A stretch of DNA of 64,000 bases, taken from NCBI GenBank assembly GCA_002269645.1, contig NIVC01000067.1, forward strand, positions 930,001 through 994,000, read 5' to 3'. The notes below the pieces were generated by a model. The model had not been told where the DNA came from, searched no databases, and saw only the letters and a list, made by a program, of their open reading frames with translations. Source of the DNA: Macrostomum lignano. Lineage: Eukaryota. Each line of letters begins with the position of its first letter. The first letter of the stretch is position 1. A program made the translations under genes and the position numbers. Positions 35,633-48,635 of this stretch are shown here, one piece after another.

Positions 35633-36415
35633 CTGAGTGCAAATGTAGGCATTGGCCTGCTGGTAGCCATCCACCCAGTTGGCGTGCACATAGTCCGAGT
35701 CACCGCCTTTCAGCCGCACCCGGCTAGCATCCAGACAGGGCACATCGGCGTACCGGTTCCTGTCCCGGTTGCGGCGAAACGCGTCGCAAGGCCGGTCGCT
35801 GCCCCGGTCGGGGCCCAGCTTGCTGTTGAATTCCTCAACCAGGCCTTCCCGTTGCATAGCAGAGATGCGGGCAGCGAAGGCGGCCAGCGACATGCTTTTG
35901 CTTCGCGTATTGTTGTCGTCGTTGATTTTCGAGCCGCCGTCGCCGCTTCTCTTCTTCGACGGCGAATTGCCGCCGCTGCCGCCGCTGACGCCGCCGCCGT
36001 CGATGCTGGGTGACCGCTTCCGGCTGGAGCTGCCGTTGCCGCTGGCGCCGCTGGCGATGACAACGGAGTCCGTCATGCTGACGCTGCCGTCAAGCAGCCA
36101 GTCGCCGCCTCCGCCGCCGCCAACGCCTCGGCCAGTTCCGGCGCTGCCGGAATCGTCAGTAAGGCTGCTGGTGTCGGAGGCGGCGCCTGACCCAGATTGG
36201 AGCCCGTCGCCGACGCCGCCGCGAGTGAAATAATCGGGCGGCAGGGTGCGGCCCATTCGGCGGCAGGCCTCGCGCAGCCAGGCCTGGTGGTCGTGCGCCC
36301 GGGTGCCGCCCAGGCTGCCTGGCAGAACCTCCAGCGGCAGGTGGCTGCTGATGGTGCTGCTGTTCACTATGAACACCCGGTCGCGTAGCTTTTCGCGCAC
36401 GAACATCCGCAACAC
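35633..36415 (-). CDS. PTPN9: PTPN9-like exon 3: end of CRAL-TRIO, Gly/Ser-rich linker, start of PTP
   Basis: Acceptor tctcag|GTG at 36415 and donor CAG|gtaaag at 35633. Motifs: [47 protein letters not shown]. Confidence 0.93.
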
Positions 36416-36435
36416 CTGAGAGATGGCGAAAGAAT

Positions 36436-36455
36436 AGATAGATAGATAGATAGAC

Positions 36456-36487
<32 letters not shown>

Positions 36488-36600
36488 TGATAGATGGATA
36501 GATGGATAGATGGATAGATGGATAGATAGATAGATAGATAGATTGATAGATGGATAGATGGATAGATTGATAGATTGATAGATGGATAGATGGATAGATG

Positions 36601-36687
<87 letters not shown>

Positions 36688-36760
36688 TGATAGATGGATA
36701 GATGGATAGATTGATAGATTGATAGATGGATAGATGGATAGATGGATAGATGGATAGATG

Positions 36761-36795
<35 letters not shown>

Positions 36796-36868
36796 TGATA
36801 GATGGATAGATGGATAGATAGATAGATGGATAGATGGATAGATGGATAGATGGATAGATGGATAGATG

Positions 36869-36902
<34 letters not shown>

Positions 36903-36959
36903 CAGATAGATAGACAGGCAGACAGACAGGCAGACAGGCAGACAGGCAGACAGACAGGC

Positions 36960-36998
<39 letters not shown>

Positions 36999-37000
36999 TA
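36436..37000. repeat. (GATA)n/(GATG)n/(GACA)n microsatellite (PTPN9 intron 2)
   Basis: Direct observation. Confidence 0.95.
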
Positions 37001-38120
37001 AGGTGCATGAATAGATAAGACTCCGACTAGAGAAAAATCAACTGAGAATCAGGAAAAGAAAATGATCTGGGAAATTAAAAGGAAGGCCCATTGAAGAAGC
37101 ACGCACAAAAACCGGGATTAAGAAGCAGCAAAGAAGCCGAAGCAGCGCTTTCATCTAATTAATTTTACACAAGGCAGTTCGCCTATGCAGTGCATTTATG
37201 AAGCTTATTTTCAACCTTTTCTCTGACTTGATTAAGCTGCCCAATAATGAACAATTTTTCAGTTACAGCCAGCAAGTACAGTGCAAGGGATAAGCAAGCA
37301 GACACTGTTTAATAACGAAGAAGTTACCCAACTTAAGTCTAAAAACGGTAAAGCAGGAAATCTCGCACGCATACTTATACATCCCCTCACTGAGCTGAGC
37401 TCACAGAGATGATGCCTGATTAGTTCCTCACTACTTTCCCATCCCCCCAGTGCATACGAGATTCCTATAGCGCCAAGAGTCTCTGAAGCGAAATAAACGC
37501 TTAAGCCGCTCTCTCTCCCCGCCGCGGGTCCCCTCATCAACAGTAAAGCCCGTATAGTCGGGCTGGCAATAAAAGTACAAGCCTGTTGTAGACTTAAACT
37601 AACTGAGTAGACTGTACGTCTAACATGGGACCGGCTTCGATTATAATAGTAAATTAATATATGAAGCTAGTGATAAAATTTCGAGACGACTCTGGGTAAA
37701 CGGCTAGAGCAATTATGGCTGTCTTTAAAGTTTTAAATCCCTCGCCATCTAATGATTTTAGAAAATTTAATATAATATTCAAATCAGTGTTGAAATTCTC
37801 CTGATTATCAGCCATGGCCCTAACAAGAGTGTGTCCATAGTTTCAGAGCTCTATTCATGCCGAATCTCTGCCGTACCTCTGCTCATTCAGCTATAAAACA
37901 TGCCTTAAATACACTGAAGCAGGAGAGAAATTAATGCCGAACAATGTTAGCAATTGTCCCACGAATTTTATTGGCCTTAACTGAAGAAACTCTACTATAA
38001 TAATAATAACTAAAGCAGACTTCTCACGATATTTTTATACGCACAAACGTTATTCTCTTGTCTAATATACTCGTAAATCGCGGGTCAGCTTAGCTTAGCT
38101 TATATGTGGATGGGGCGCAT

Positions 38121-38330
38121 TAAGCGCGCATTTAAAATGCACGAGTCTGGCATAAGCGCGCGTTTAAAATGCACGAGTCTGGCATAAGCGCGCGTTTAAA
38201 ATGCACGAGTCTGGCATAAGCGCGCGTTTAAAATGCACGAGTCTGGCATAAGCGCGCGTTTAAAATGCACGAGTCTGGCATAAGCGCGCGTTTAAAATTC
38301 ACGAGTCTGGCATAAGCGCGCATTTAAAAT
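38121..38330. repeat. 32-bp minisatellite TAAGCGCGCGTTTAAAATGCACGAGTCTGGCA
   Basis: About 6.5 tandem units. Confidence 0.92.
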
Positions 38331-38879
38331 CGAACTTCATGTAAAATTGTGCTCTTCTGTTTCAGTCGTACAAATTGCCTGCGCGCTTCTTTACAAACTT
38401 TCAAACCCTTTCCTAGAACCCAAACCATAATAACCCTCACTGCCTAAATTGCCGACAGCCACATGACTGACATTCGTAACTACTTGGATGTAATTTTGAA
38501 TTAAAATTTACAAATTCAAACTTTTTACGCTGCCCTTAATATTGAAAGTTTCATTCAACGCGAATTTATCGAGTCAACCTGCTAGCACTGGGCACCCAGC
38601 TGTAGCCAAAAGCCACAAGTGTACATTCAGGCTAGTTAAGATAAACATTAAACTATAGTCAGCAGTGTTGATTGAAACCAGACTAAATTAAAAGCCTCTA
38701 AACATAGAAGAAACTTGAAGATTTTCCACCAGAAAGTGCTGCTGCGGCTGCAAATAGTTTCCGGAGTGGGGCTTAGAAAACAAAGCCAGGGTCACAAGCA
38801 GAGCCTGTAGGTCTGTACAATCGTTCATTGGTAAGAACTGCGTAAATCAATCAAGTCAGACATGTGTTTCACTTCAATT

Positions 38880-38985
38880 TGCTCAATGGGGGAGTTGCTG
38901 AAATGCCATGGCTCAATGGGGGAGTTGCTGAGATGCCATGGATCAATGGGGGAGCTGCTGAAATGCCATGGCTCAATGGGGGAGT
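38880..38985. repeat. 30-bp minisatellite near the exon 2 donor
   Basis: GCTCAATGGGGGAGTTGCTGAAATGCCATG, about 3.5 copies. Confidence 0.85.
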
Positions 38986-39019
38986 TGAATATTAAAATCG
39001 AAGCCAGCTCGCGTCTCAC

Positions 39020-39571
39020 CTGAAACGGAGCCTTGAACCAAATAGGCGCGGTCACAATCAGCACCTTCTTCAGCCTGGCGGGATAATTGCCCTTGAGCAT
39101 ATTAAGTATCCGAATGCTCAAATCGTAGTCAAAGTTGCCGTACTTGGAGCCGGTCATGTCGTAGACGAACACGAGGCCGTTCTCCTGGGCCGAGTCGACG
39201 GCTAGGGCGGCGTCCAGCTGAAAGATGAGGCTCTTCAGGGTGTCCCGGTGCGTGGTCTCGGGTGGCCGGTGCCTGCAGGCGGTGAACAGGGCCACTACTG
39301 AGTCACTGGAACTCTGTCCGGGCACGATGGTGAGCTTCTCGGACAGCAGTTCAGCTCGGACGCCTTCGTCGCAGGGATCGATGTGCTCAAAGTATTCAAC
39401 GCGGCGGAGTTTCTCGTGCGCAGCAAATAAATCAACGGCTCGTTGAACGTCCCACTTTCTGGCGCGGAGAAATTTTAACGAGACGGCGCGCTGTTGCGAC
39501 TCGGACAGGAGGCGGAGGCGGTCGCCGCAGTGCGGGATTTGCCGGATCCGGTCGGCAAAGTTTTGCAGAGC
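39020..39571 (-). CDS. PTPN9: PTPN9-like exon 2: CRAL-TRIO (Sec14) domain
   Basis: Acceptor gctaag|GCT at 39571 and donor CAG|gtgaga at 39020. Motifs: LKFLRARKWDVQRAVDLF, NGLVFVYDMTGS, GNYPARLKKVLIVTAPIWF. Confidence 0.92.
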
Positions 39572-42131
39572 CTTAGCAGTTTTAAAATTAGATTTATAGT
39601 TATTTTACAATTGAGTAAACGGCGGGAGTAACTTAACGCCTCGTCATGTTATTAGCAAGCTCAAGTCTAAAATCTTATATCGAGGTTTTTGTTGGGATCC
39701 AATTAACAGGTATGGCACTGAATTCACACCCAGAACCCAATTCAAAAGTTCATTTTTAAAAATTTATTTCTGGATTTTGCATTTGTTTGACAAAAAATGC
39801 CAGATTATTGATACTTATACTTAATCTTACTTAATATAATTGATATTTTGTAAAAACAAGCAAGGTAGCTACAAAAAGGAACATATATCATTTAAACTAA
39901 GCATCCTTACAAAAATGTATATATCTGAACATAACTACCTGTGACAAATATTTTAATAGATTTAGAATAACAATAGCTTTTTAACCACAACAAATATGAA
40001 TATATTTATTAGCTATCTATTAAACATATACCAAATACATTTTATATGGCTATATTTAGTCATTCATTATTTGAGATCTTTAACAAAATAATACATGTAG
40101 TCTCAGACAGTTATGTTCAGATGTGTCTAATTAAAATTAAAATCTGTATCTGAAATTAAAGATAAACAAATTTTTATCTAAAATGAAGCCTCGAGTCAAA
40201 ATTCAATCAAATGTGATTAAATATTAGGAATAACTATATTTATTTTATGATAAAGGAGCAAACCTATTTTATTTTTTATAAAAAATCTTAGGCATCTTAT
40301 ATGTGACCATATATAAATACATGGTCAATGCATTTATGAATAATAAATTATGAATAATAATGAATTTTATATATATACATAGGCACTATGATATACATAG
40401 ATATACATAGATCCTATGGAAGGATCCATAGCCCAAGCTATCACAAAGACATTACTGATAATTTAACTAATAACTATATAAAGTATAAGTTTAAAATTCT
40501 TTAATACATTGGGATTATTCAAAGAAATAGAAGATAAACTCTAGAACAAGTTATTGGGATATTTAAAGATGGAGGTAAAACTACTGATGCCTATTAGAGT
40601 GTATATACTATGATGGGATATCTAGATCTTATATCTAACAGTATCATAACATATTGTTATAGGATATATATCCTACATTTACCAAAGAGTGTTTTTACCT
40701 AGCTTACCTAGCTAGTATAAATTATGATAACTGAGTATAATATAAACTAAATATAAACTATGATAAATTTAATTCCGTGAAGATTGTCTTAATTTCTATG
40801 CAAAGATTCCATCTTAGCTTATCTATAGTTGCAAGCATAGCTTTGGTAGAATCCCAGGAAAAAAACATGAAAGGCCATTTTTAATAATTATCACTTACAT
40901 TTTTAAAGGCAATTGTTATTTCTCCAGTGATTGGACAAATAGCAATATGGTTATTTGTCCAGTTACTAGACAAATAGCTATCTTACTATTTGTCTAGTCC
41001 ACAGTCCAAAGTATGCAACATGCAGGCTAGAATTTTTTTGCTCTGCATGTTGCATGTGGGAGGGTTGGATTAAATCCAACTAGTGTGCACCAATGGACCC
41101 TAGGGGGGGGGGGAAGGTTGCAGTTGGGGGTGTTGCAACAATTAAGGACTTTTTTGTATTGTGACAATAAAGGACCTTTTTTGTATTGCAACAATCAAGC
41201 TTTTTTGTGTTTCAAATTTTATTCTACCTTGCAGATAAACAACACTTTTGGAAATGCTAACCATAGGAAATGACCTAAATATATTTATTTGCTTTTCAGT
41301 TATTAAACTATCTATGCCTCTTTTAACATTTATATATAATACTCAATTTCCATTTTTTATGGTAACAATTTGAATTTTTAACAAAATTCACTATTTTTTA
41401 ACTTTATATATACAAAATGTTATACAAAAATAATCACTGTTTTTTGCTTTATTACTTTATCTAAATAAAATCTAATATCTAAATCACTATTCTAGTAGTA
41501 CTGATACAACATTTACAATCTAAAGCTGTGCATAAAGTAATGTTCAGCATATACCAAAAAATTTGGTTATTTTTCAGGGTATATATAGACTATTTCAAAC
41601 TATAATAATAGCTCTAAATGTGGTGCTATGCAAAGCATACCAAAAAACTTTGCTAACTCCTTGACACATGCTATGCATGTGGTATTAAACTGCTTTAGAC
41701 CTTGTTGTACACAAGAATTTCCCCTAAAAACAGCATATTTAAGAATATGGTATTGAGTCAGTAGCATAGCTAAGGGGGAAGGATACAGGGATAGATCTCC
41801 CTCCCCATTTTGATGCTTTATAGGATATGAAAATGAGGTTTTTTTGAAAAATGCAAAATAAAGTGCCAAACTTAACAAAATTGCCAAAAATTGGTCTATT
41901 TCACTTGTAAATTACTAATAAAATGTTTTAAACAATATTTCTGCAAATCCCTAATCTTTAAAATGCTTTAGTTAGGATAGATGTCTACTGGCTTTCTTTT
42001 GATTTTAACAAAGTAAAGCTTTTTTAGCCTAAAAAACATGATTTTGATACTTATAAATTGCAACTTTTAAGCAAAAATGCAAAAAAACTATTTTATTAGT
42101 TTATAATAAATTTTGTCCCTAAAAGTTATCT

Positions 42132-43810
42132 GGGTTATTCCATGATAGGGTCATCAAAGGTATAGAATTTTTTTTAAAAATTATTTGCAAATGTGAATAT
42201 TTCATTTTGCATATAATTATGTATAGTTTCATTTTTATGTAGTTTCATACACATTTATCTACCTCTAGTATATATATTTTGTTTTGATCATGGTACCCTT
42301 GCAAGATTTTAAATGTCCCGCGGGACATTATAAAAAGTTTAATCTAGTTTTCAATAAGAAAAAAAGTTAATAAACATAATGCATCAAGTGCATAAATAAT
42401 AAAAATCTTTCTTTCTTATATCTAAAGACTGAAATTATAAAATTTTATGATCTAATATAGTTCTATCTATCATAATTTTTTATTTCAAAAAGTTTGACTT
42501 CCCTTTTTTAAGTGTTAAAAACGACCATCATTTTTTTTACAAAAAGTTGTTGTACTAATTTTCAAGAGGTTTATAAGTTGATAATTTTTTGCTAAAATAT
42601 TTTCTGAGCCTATATTTAAGTTTATAGTCATTTTTGTTAGTTTATGATAAGTGTAACATGCTAAAAAAACCCTGCAAAGTTACCTAACGACCATCATTTT
42701 CTGGTATTCTGAAATTTGTTGATCTTCATAAAACCTGAATTACTATCATTTATTCCTAAATTTTATACAAAAAACTGAATTTACTGATATTCTAAAATCA
42801 TGTCTTTTTAATGTGAATTACTTATTCAATTTCTCTTTCAAAGTTTTTACAGTTTTGATTGTAAAGAAAAATATAGTGGAATTCAAGTCTTTTATTAAAA
42901 ATGTATACTGTCAATTACTTGTTTGATACCTTAAAATCATTTTCAACCTGCACTATTAAAAAGGTTGTTCCAATTACTAACCATGCACCTAGAACTCTCC
43001 ACTTTAGTTTGCAATGCACCTTAACACATGCCCCAATCTTCAGCATAAGTAGTCTAACTAGACTCAAGTTTTTACTATCCATTGGTGCTACTGCTTATTG
43101 CCTAACAAATAATCTGTATTTGCCTTTGGTTTTATTAATTGTTATATTCTATTCTTTGAATTCTTGAATAGATTAGGACTGTCCATCTTTATGATCATAT
43201 GTTGAGTTGTGCAATCATGATGTTTTTGTTGAAGGTGCATAAGTACATTTGATCTGAAATGTGAAACAGGTATAATAAATTTTATGGTTAGACAAGCAAG
43301 TTATAGTTTTTATATGAACAACTATGGATTATAAACAATCTTTTAACCAAGATTGTATCTAAAAATAGAGAATCCTAATACACTTTTTAAAACTGAAGGT
43401 CGTTTTTTTGAAACAAACGACCGTCAGTCAATGACCATCATTTAAGAAAAAATGTGCAACACAGTTAAAGTTATCTACTAAAATGTAATAATTGTTTGTA
43501 ACCATTCATCTAGCTATTGTTTACTACAATTAATGATCAATTGAGACAAAAACTTGCCTGATTTGCAGGAATCTTAAACTTAAGTTATAAAGTTGGATAC
43601 ATAAACTTTCACCAAAAACGACCATCATCAAAAGTTTCTCTCTGCTAAATCAACACAGTAAGACAAATGACTTTAAAATGTATCTTATCTTAATCTAGAG
43701 GTCACGCCCATAAATATAAAACTCACAAAGTCTCAATTTAGTTTGTCTTTTGTATGATTACTGATTATTATTTGCTCCAACCCAACGACCGTCATCTTGT
43801 GGAATTACCC
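42132..43810. mobile_element. Putative non-autonomous DNA transposon in PTPN9 intron 1
   Basis: Ends GGGTTATTCCA / TGGAATTACCC (10 of 11 inverted match), about six internal (AC/AT)GACC(A/G)TCA motifs, and an 18-bp palindrome at 42312-42329. The TSD is not clean. Confidence 0.5.
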
Positions 43811-44436
43811 AAATATATATTGCCTTCCAAACTTTTATTGATTGAAATTTCTCATTTTTCAATTTGATTTTCATACCTTCTTAAGCATTGTTTCTTTTTT
43901 ATGATTCGCCTCATAAAGGGGTATGAATATAAGATAGGAAGCAGTTAGACTAAATGTAGACTAGACATATACTAAGGCCTATTAGAACATATTTTTTAAA
44001 TCAAGATATAGATAAGAAGCCTTTAAAATCTAGAAATATTTATTAAAAATAAGTAGTACTAGTAGGCCTAGTAGTAAAAGTAGTAATATCCATTTAATTG
44101 GACAAATAACAAATTAGCTATTTGTCTAGACTCTACGTCACTCTAGTATAATAATTGGACAAATAATTAAATGTCTATTTATTTGATAACTAGACAAATA
44201 ACCACATCACTATTTGTCTGGTCACCATCACCATACCAATAATAACTGTATTTTTTAAATTGATTTTAGACTAGACTTTGTCTTTAGTTAGGCCTTTAAA
44301 AATTAGTTTCTAACTAGGGCCTAATTAACTATCAGAATACACAACAATTTGAAAATAATGTTGTTATTACAGTAATTACAATAAATTAAGCAATATTGTT
44401 AGCAAAAAAATAAAATGTAATTGGGTAGATATTTAC

Positions 44437-44520
44437 CGTTTCTTCAGCACCACTCAGCTTTCTTGCACTGCTATCTTCACATACACAGTACCACAAGCTG
44501 ACTGAACTGTTTTGTGACAT
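44437..44520 (-). CDS. PTPN9: PTPN9-like probable first coding exon (28 codons); the spliced CDS totals 666 aa
   Basis: ATG at 44520 (MSQNSS..RKLSGAEET) and donor ACG|gtaaat at 44437, phase 0. LSGAEET|ALQNF parallels human LTPEEEQ|ATKQF (from memory). An acceptor at 44540-44539 lies 18 nt upstream. Confidence 0.7.
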
Positions 44521-46345
44521 TGATTTCACAAAGTAAAACTATGAAGCATTAGTTAAGGACAATGATACTCTACGAATATTCTCCAGAGCATAATTTATGC
44601 AATTTTAACTTCACTCATGGTAGGGCCTATCGTGTCGATTGGTGCTGCTGACCTGCCTGTAACTAATGTAGTGTAGGCCCCTAAGTGCCGGATGTAGCTG
44701 AGCTAAGAAAAATGAAAAAATGTGACCGATTCTTAAATAAATTTGATGATAAACAAAAAAGTGATATTCTTAGAAAGAACTGAGTAACACTAACTGGAAT
44801 TGTTATTGCTACACATAATAAATTAAAATGGAAAACGGTTGTACTAAATTATATCGGATTAATCCGGCCATTGCATATCAGTTTATTTGAAATTAAGGAT
44901 TCCATGAAAAGGTTTTGTCAGTAAATCAAACTGCCTCAACGTCACGGTTAAGAAATAGGTATTGAAATTAAATCCTTCAATACATTAGAGTTTAGGTAAA
45001 GAGTACAACCAATTGGCTTCTACTGGCTCAAATATTTTTTTCTTTTTAGTTTTCTTTTTAGTTGTACTGTCCAAACCTTTCAATTAATATAGTCGTAGTA
45101 TTTTATGTTCGTGAATTTTCTAATTTGTTTTGATTCTAATCAGGCTATGTTTGTAAATACTGGTAAGAAAAATCATCCTTACAAGCTGGTGGCAAAACTA
45201 TAATACGTACACTGTACCAATTGTAGTTTACATGCATACACTGTATTAGAAATATAAAAATAGCTTTATGAGAAATATTAGAGCTCCAATTCAGTGTAGC
45301 ATGGATGTAGCCAAAAGGGATAGTAATTATTTTGTGCGAGGATAGAAGTAACTCACGGCAATGAAAGTAACAAATTAAGCTGCTCAGTCTTAAAGTACAT
45401 GTACTGGTACTACATGTACGTATGCTGGGCCTCAGCTGGTCCAGGTTGGCCACGCCGCTGACCGAATCTGAGGCGCCGGCGTCAGCCAGCAGGCAGGAAA
45501 CGCCAAGTGTACGGCAAGTCCGCGGCGTCGAGCAGATCCTCTCTAGCAGACCGTCGAGGTAGTAAACAGCTATATAGTGACAAAACGCGTGGATGCTGGC
45601 CATCGCCAGCTTCAATTGCAGCATCGATGTCGTCCTGCACACAGCACTCCAGATTATGTCCGAAAAAGTCCGATAGGCCATCCCGATACACGAAACGCTG
45701 CACGGTGTACATGTATAACTAAAATAACTGCATGGCGCAACTGCCCATGCAAAGTGGCCTAAAAAGTCCAAATTGCAACCTTATACATGTACTATATATA
45801 AATTGTCTATAGTTTTAATTATTTTGCGTGGCTGCTAGCTAGAATGGTTGAATTAATGAGAAACCCAGAAGCTTATACCGAAGCAATCGCAGTTTATGTT
45901 ATAGTTTGCTTTTGAGTAAATAATTATTTGAAAGTTTTTATTAAAATTTTTATTCGCAAATACATTGTGCCGGCCTCTATATTGACCACGTTACTACAAG
46001 TGCAAGTGCATGAATTAATTATTGTATTCGTTTCAGAAAAAATACACACGTAAATTTTCAGTTCAAGTGCAGCAGGAGGCGTGAAAGGTCAATATAAGAG
46101 ATGAATAAAAATGAACCCAGCAGGCGCGAAAGCAAAAGAATTGTTGCCAAAAATTACTATTTTGCGCTCGGCATGTTAGCAGCGTGTTCATTGTTATATC
46201 GTGGAAAATCCAACGGATGCTTGATACATGTACTTTATCAAGCATTCGTTGGTTTTTCCGCGAAAATTGCGGGAGGCGCGTGTGGTGGCCAAGGATGATC
46301 CACGTCAGTTGGTTTAAGTAAATCTAACATGCCCTGCACTCACAA

Positions 46346-47223
46346 TTAACAGTCGCCCGTAGGCTTCGGCTGCCGCAACCCAGCTCTGGCCATCACGCGG
46401 CGAGCTACCGACTCGTTCGTGTGACTAAAAATCCGACAGAAGTCCTGCTGGCCGACAAGTCCCTTAGTTGACTGGCCGCGCGCAGCCCGTTGGAGCACCT
46501 CAACGGCCAGGCAGATGCTCTCCTCAACCGCCTGAGTGACAATCCTGCTCAATGTGGATGTGTGCGTGCTCAATGATGGGTCCGAATTGAGCTCGAGTAG
46601 CCACACGTTGAAATCCGCTCCAATTAAGAAGTCGCAGCCAAACAGCTCAAATGACATTGGCTGATCACATAGCGAGCTGCTGGCCAGAGAGACCACGTGA
46701 GCCAGGATCGCGCGGATTCGAGGATACAGCTGACGCCGTACCCAGTCAGTGCAGGGCGCCTTGAATCGTTGGTTGATGTAGTCGTTGAGCTGGTCGGGTG
46801 TCCACACCGTGTCTTCCTTAACAGCGTCGTAGGACGGGTCCCGCTGCTGCACGGCCTGATTGGTGAGGTGCAGCAACGGGTCGTCGCTGTCAGGCCGGTA
46901 AGACCGGCAGGCCAGTCGAACGTAGCCGGGGTGGCAGAAGGCGTGCACGCCGCGGCGAATTCCGCTGCGCAGGTTCGGCACCAGTAGCAGGTAGACTCGC
47001 AGGTCGAACTTCCGACCTTCCAGTAGTAGCGGCGGATGCACGTAGCGCTGCATGATCAGATCGCGGTGTGCGTAGCCAGAGAACTTAGATTCCAGGACTG
47101 CAGCCAGGCTGTTCAGCGATTGGCTTCGGCCGGCTTCCAGCGACGGCGAACGGAGCAGTGCGATGCCTTCACCGCAGTCGGCGTGACCGGGCTTCATGAG
47201 GAACATGCCGCCGGGGTTTCGGC
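46346..47223 (-). CDS. TTLL10: Tubulin-tyrosine-ligase-like protein, TTLL10 (glycylase)-like, last exon
   Basis: Acceptor atccag|GC at 47223. Motifs: FLMKP..GEGI, QRYVHPPLLLEGRKFDLRVY, HLTNQAVQ, TVWT, FELFGCDFLI, VWLLELNSDP. The GY-RL, HLTNQ and WV pattern fits TTLL10 best (from memory). Confidence 0.85.
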
Positions 47224-47724
47224 CTGGATTTTCGTGTGCTCGATTGTTTATACGGTTTATGATTATTGCTGTCTTCTGGAGCTGACCGCGGATGCTTATT
47301 ATACTACGTCAATTAGTCAGGCTCTATGGTTCAAAAATATGTACGAGCAAGTTTGAGGCTCAAAATGTAGCTTAAAGTATGTTAGTTGTCAAAAGAAATA
47401 GTTTGGGTTTCCGAGCGGTGCCAAGAGGGCAGCAACTGAACCCTAGAAATCTCTACTGTCCGACCACATCGACCGCCCAAAGCGATGACGGCAGACACTT
47501 TGAGAATCAGCATCGTTTTGACATCCTTAATTTACGCCTAAAAACCAGTCAATTTTTTTGCAATGCCAATAAATTCACAGACCGGAGGAAAGAACTGCAA
47601 TGTGCGGAAAAAAGAGCGAATCAGGGAGCCGTACAAAGAGTGGAACAAAGAGCGGGAGTAAAGAGCAGAAGCAAAGTCGTAAAGGTGCAATAGGAATTCC
47701 CCAAAAAATGATGTAGCCTCTCAC

Positions 47725-47913
47725 GCATGCAGTCCAGAATGCTGAGCGCGCCCGATCCGTTGAGGTGCACCGTGTCGGGATAGAAAGTAGCCGCCTGCAG
47801 CCCGGTCGGCACCAGGCCGGGGTGGTTAAGCTCGAACTCGCGCAGGAGCCGGGCCAGACTGCACTTGTTGGCGATGAGGCCGCGAAAATGCAGCCGGTTC
47901 ACGATGTGGCAGC
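47725..47913 (-). CDS. TTLL10: TTLL10-like internal exon
   Basis: Acceptor tcgcag|GC at 47913 and donor C|gtgaga at 47725, both phase 1. It translates CHIVNRLHFRGLIANKCSL..TFYPDTVHL..LDCMR and joins RNPGGMFLMKP. Confidence 0.75.
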
Positions 47914-48339
47914 CTGCGACGCGCGACGGTGCAGGGCTTACGACGTAATGACTATAGGTTAGCTAGTTCACAGAGTGCTTGGGGGCTGCATGAGGACAAA
48001 TCAAGAAGCCAAGAAGCAGACAGGCCCATTCCACAGATCCCTAGAGCTCGCACACTCCCACGGATACGTACACAGGCACACGCTCATCATCAGGCCAGTT
48101 GGAGGTTGGCCATCATGGATAAGACACTATTACAAATCAAGGACGCACTGTAGTATAACAGGACGTGAAACTCAAGGATCGTGTAATTTTTTCCGGAAAA
48201 AATACACTGTAGAAATTGGAAGGAATTTTTTTCATAACAAAATCAATTATTGCATTCGATCTGGGGCAGTGAAGATTAGCAGTCTTTTAATTTAGCGTGC
48301 AAAGCATGTTGGGGGCTCGCAAATATCTTGCTAGAAATA

Positions 48340-48635
48340 GGGAGTTGTAGTCTAGTGGTCAGAGCGTCGGTCTCACGACTTGGAAGTCGGGGGTTCGATT
48401 CCCGATCCCACTAGAACAATTTGTGTCCTTGAGCAAGACACTTAACTCCGCATTGTTTCAGTTCACCCAGCTGTAAAATGGGTGCCAGCATTAGCTGGAG
48501 TATTTGAGGCTGTGTGTGGCGACCCCCCAGTCCTTGGACTGAACAGCCGTACGCAGCTTTCAGATGCGCCGCGCAATAGCTGCGGCTGAGCTGTCGGTTG
48601 CACATCTGGCCCAATTGGGGCAGGTGTAATAAAAA
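48340..48635 (+). mobile_element. tRNA-derived SINE with a CORE/V-like central domain, in a TTLL intron
   Basis: A-box TAGTCTAGTGG and B-box GGTTCGATTCC, then GTGTCCTTGAGCAAGACACTTAAC..TCAGTTCACCCAGCTGTAAAATGGGT, resembling the MIR/CORE consensus; A-rich end. Confidence 0.8.

Noticed and set aside
48340-48412. Functional tRNA gene
   Set aside because: The A and B boxes are present but the acceptor and anticodon stems do not pair properly, and a SINE body follows.
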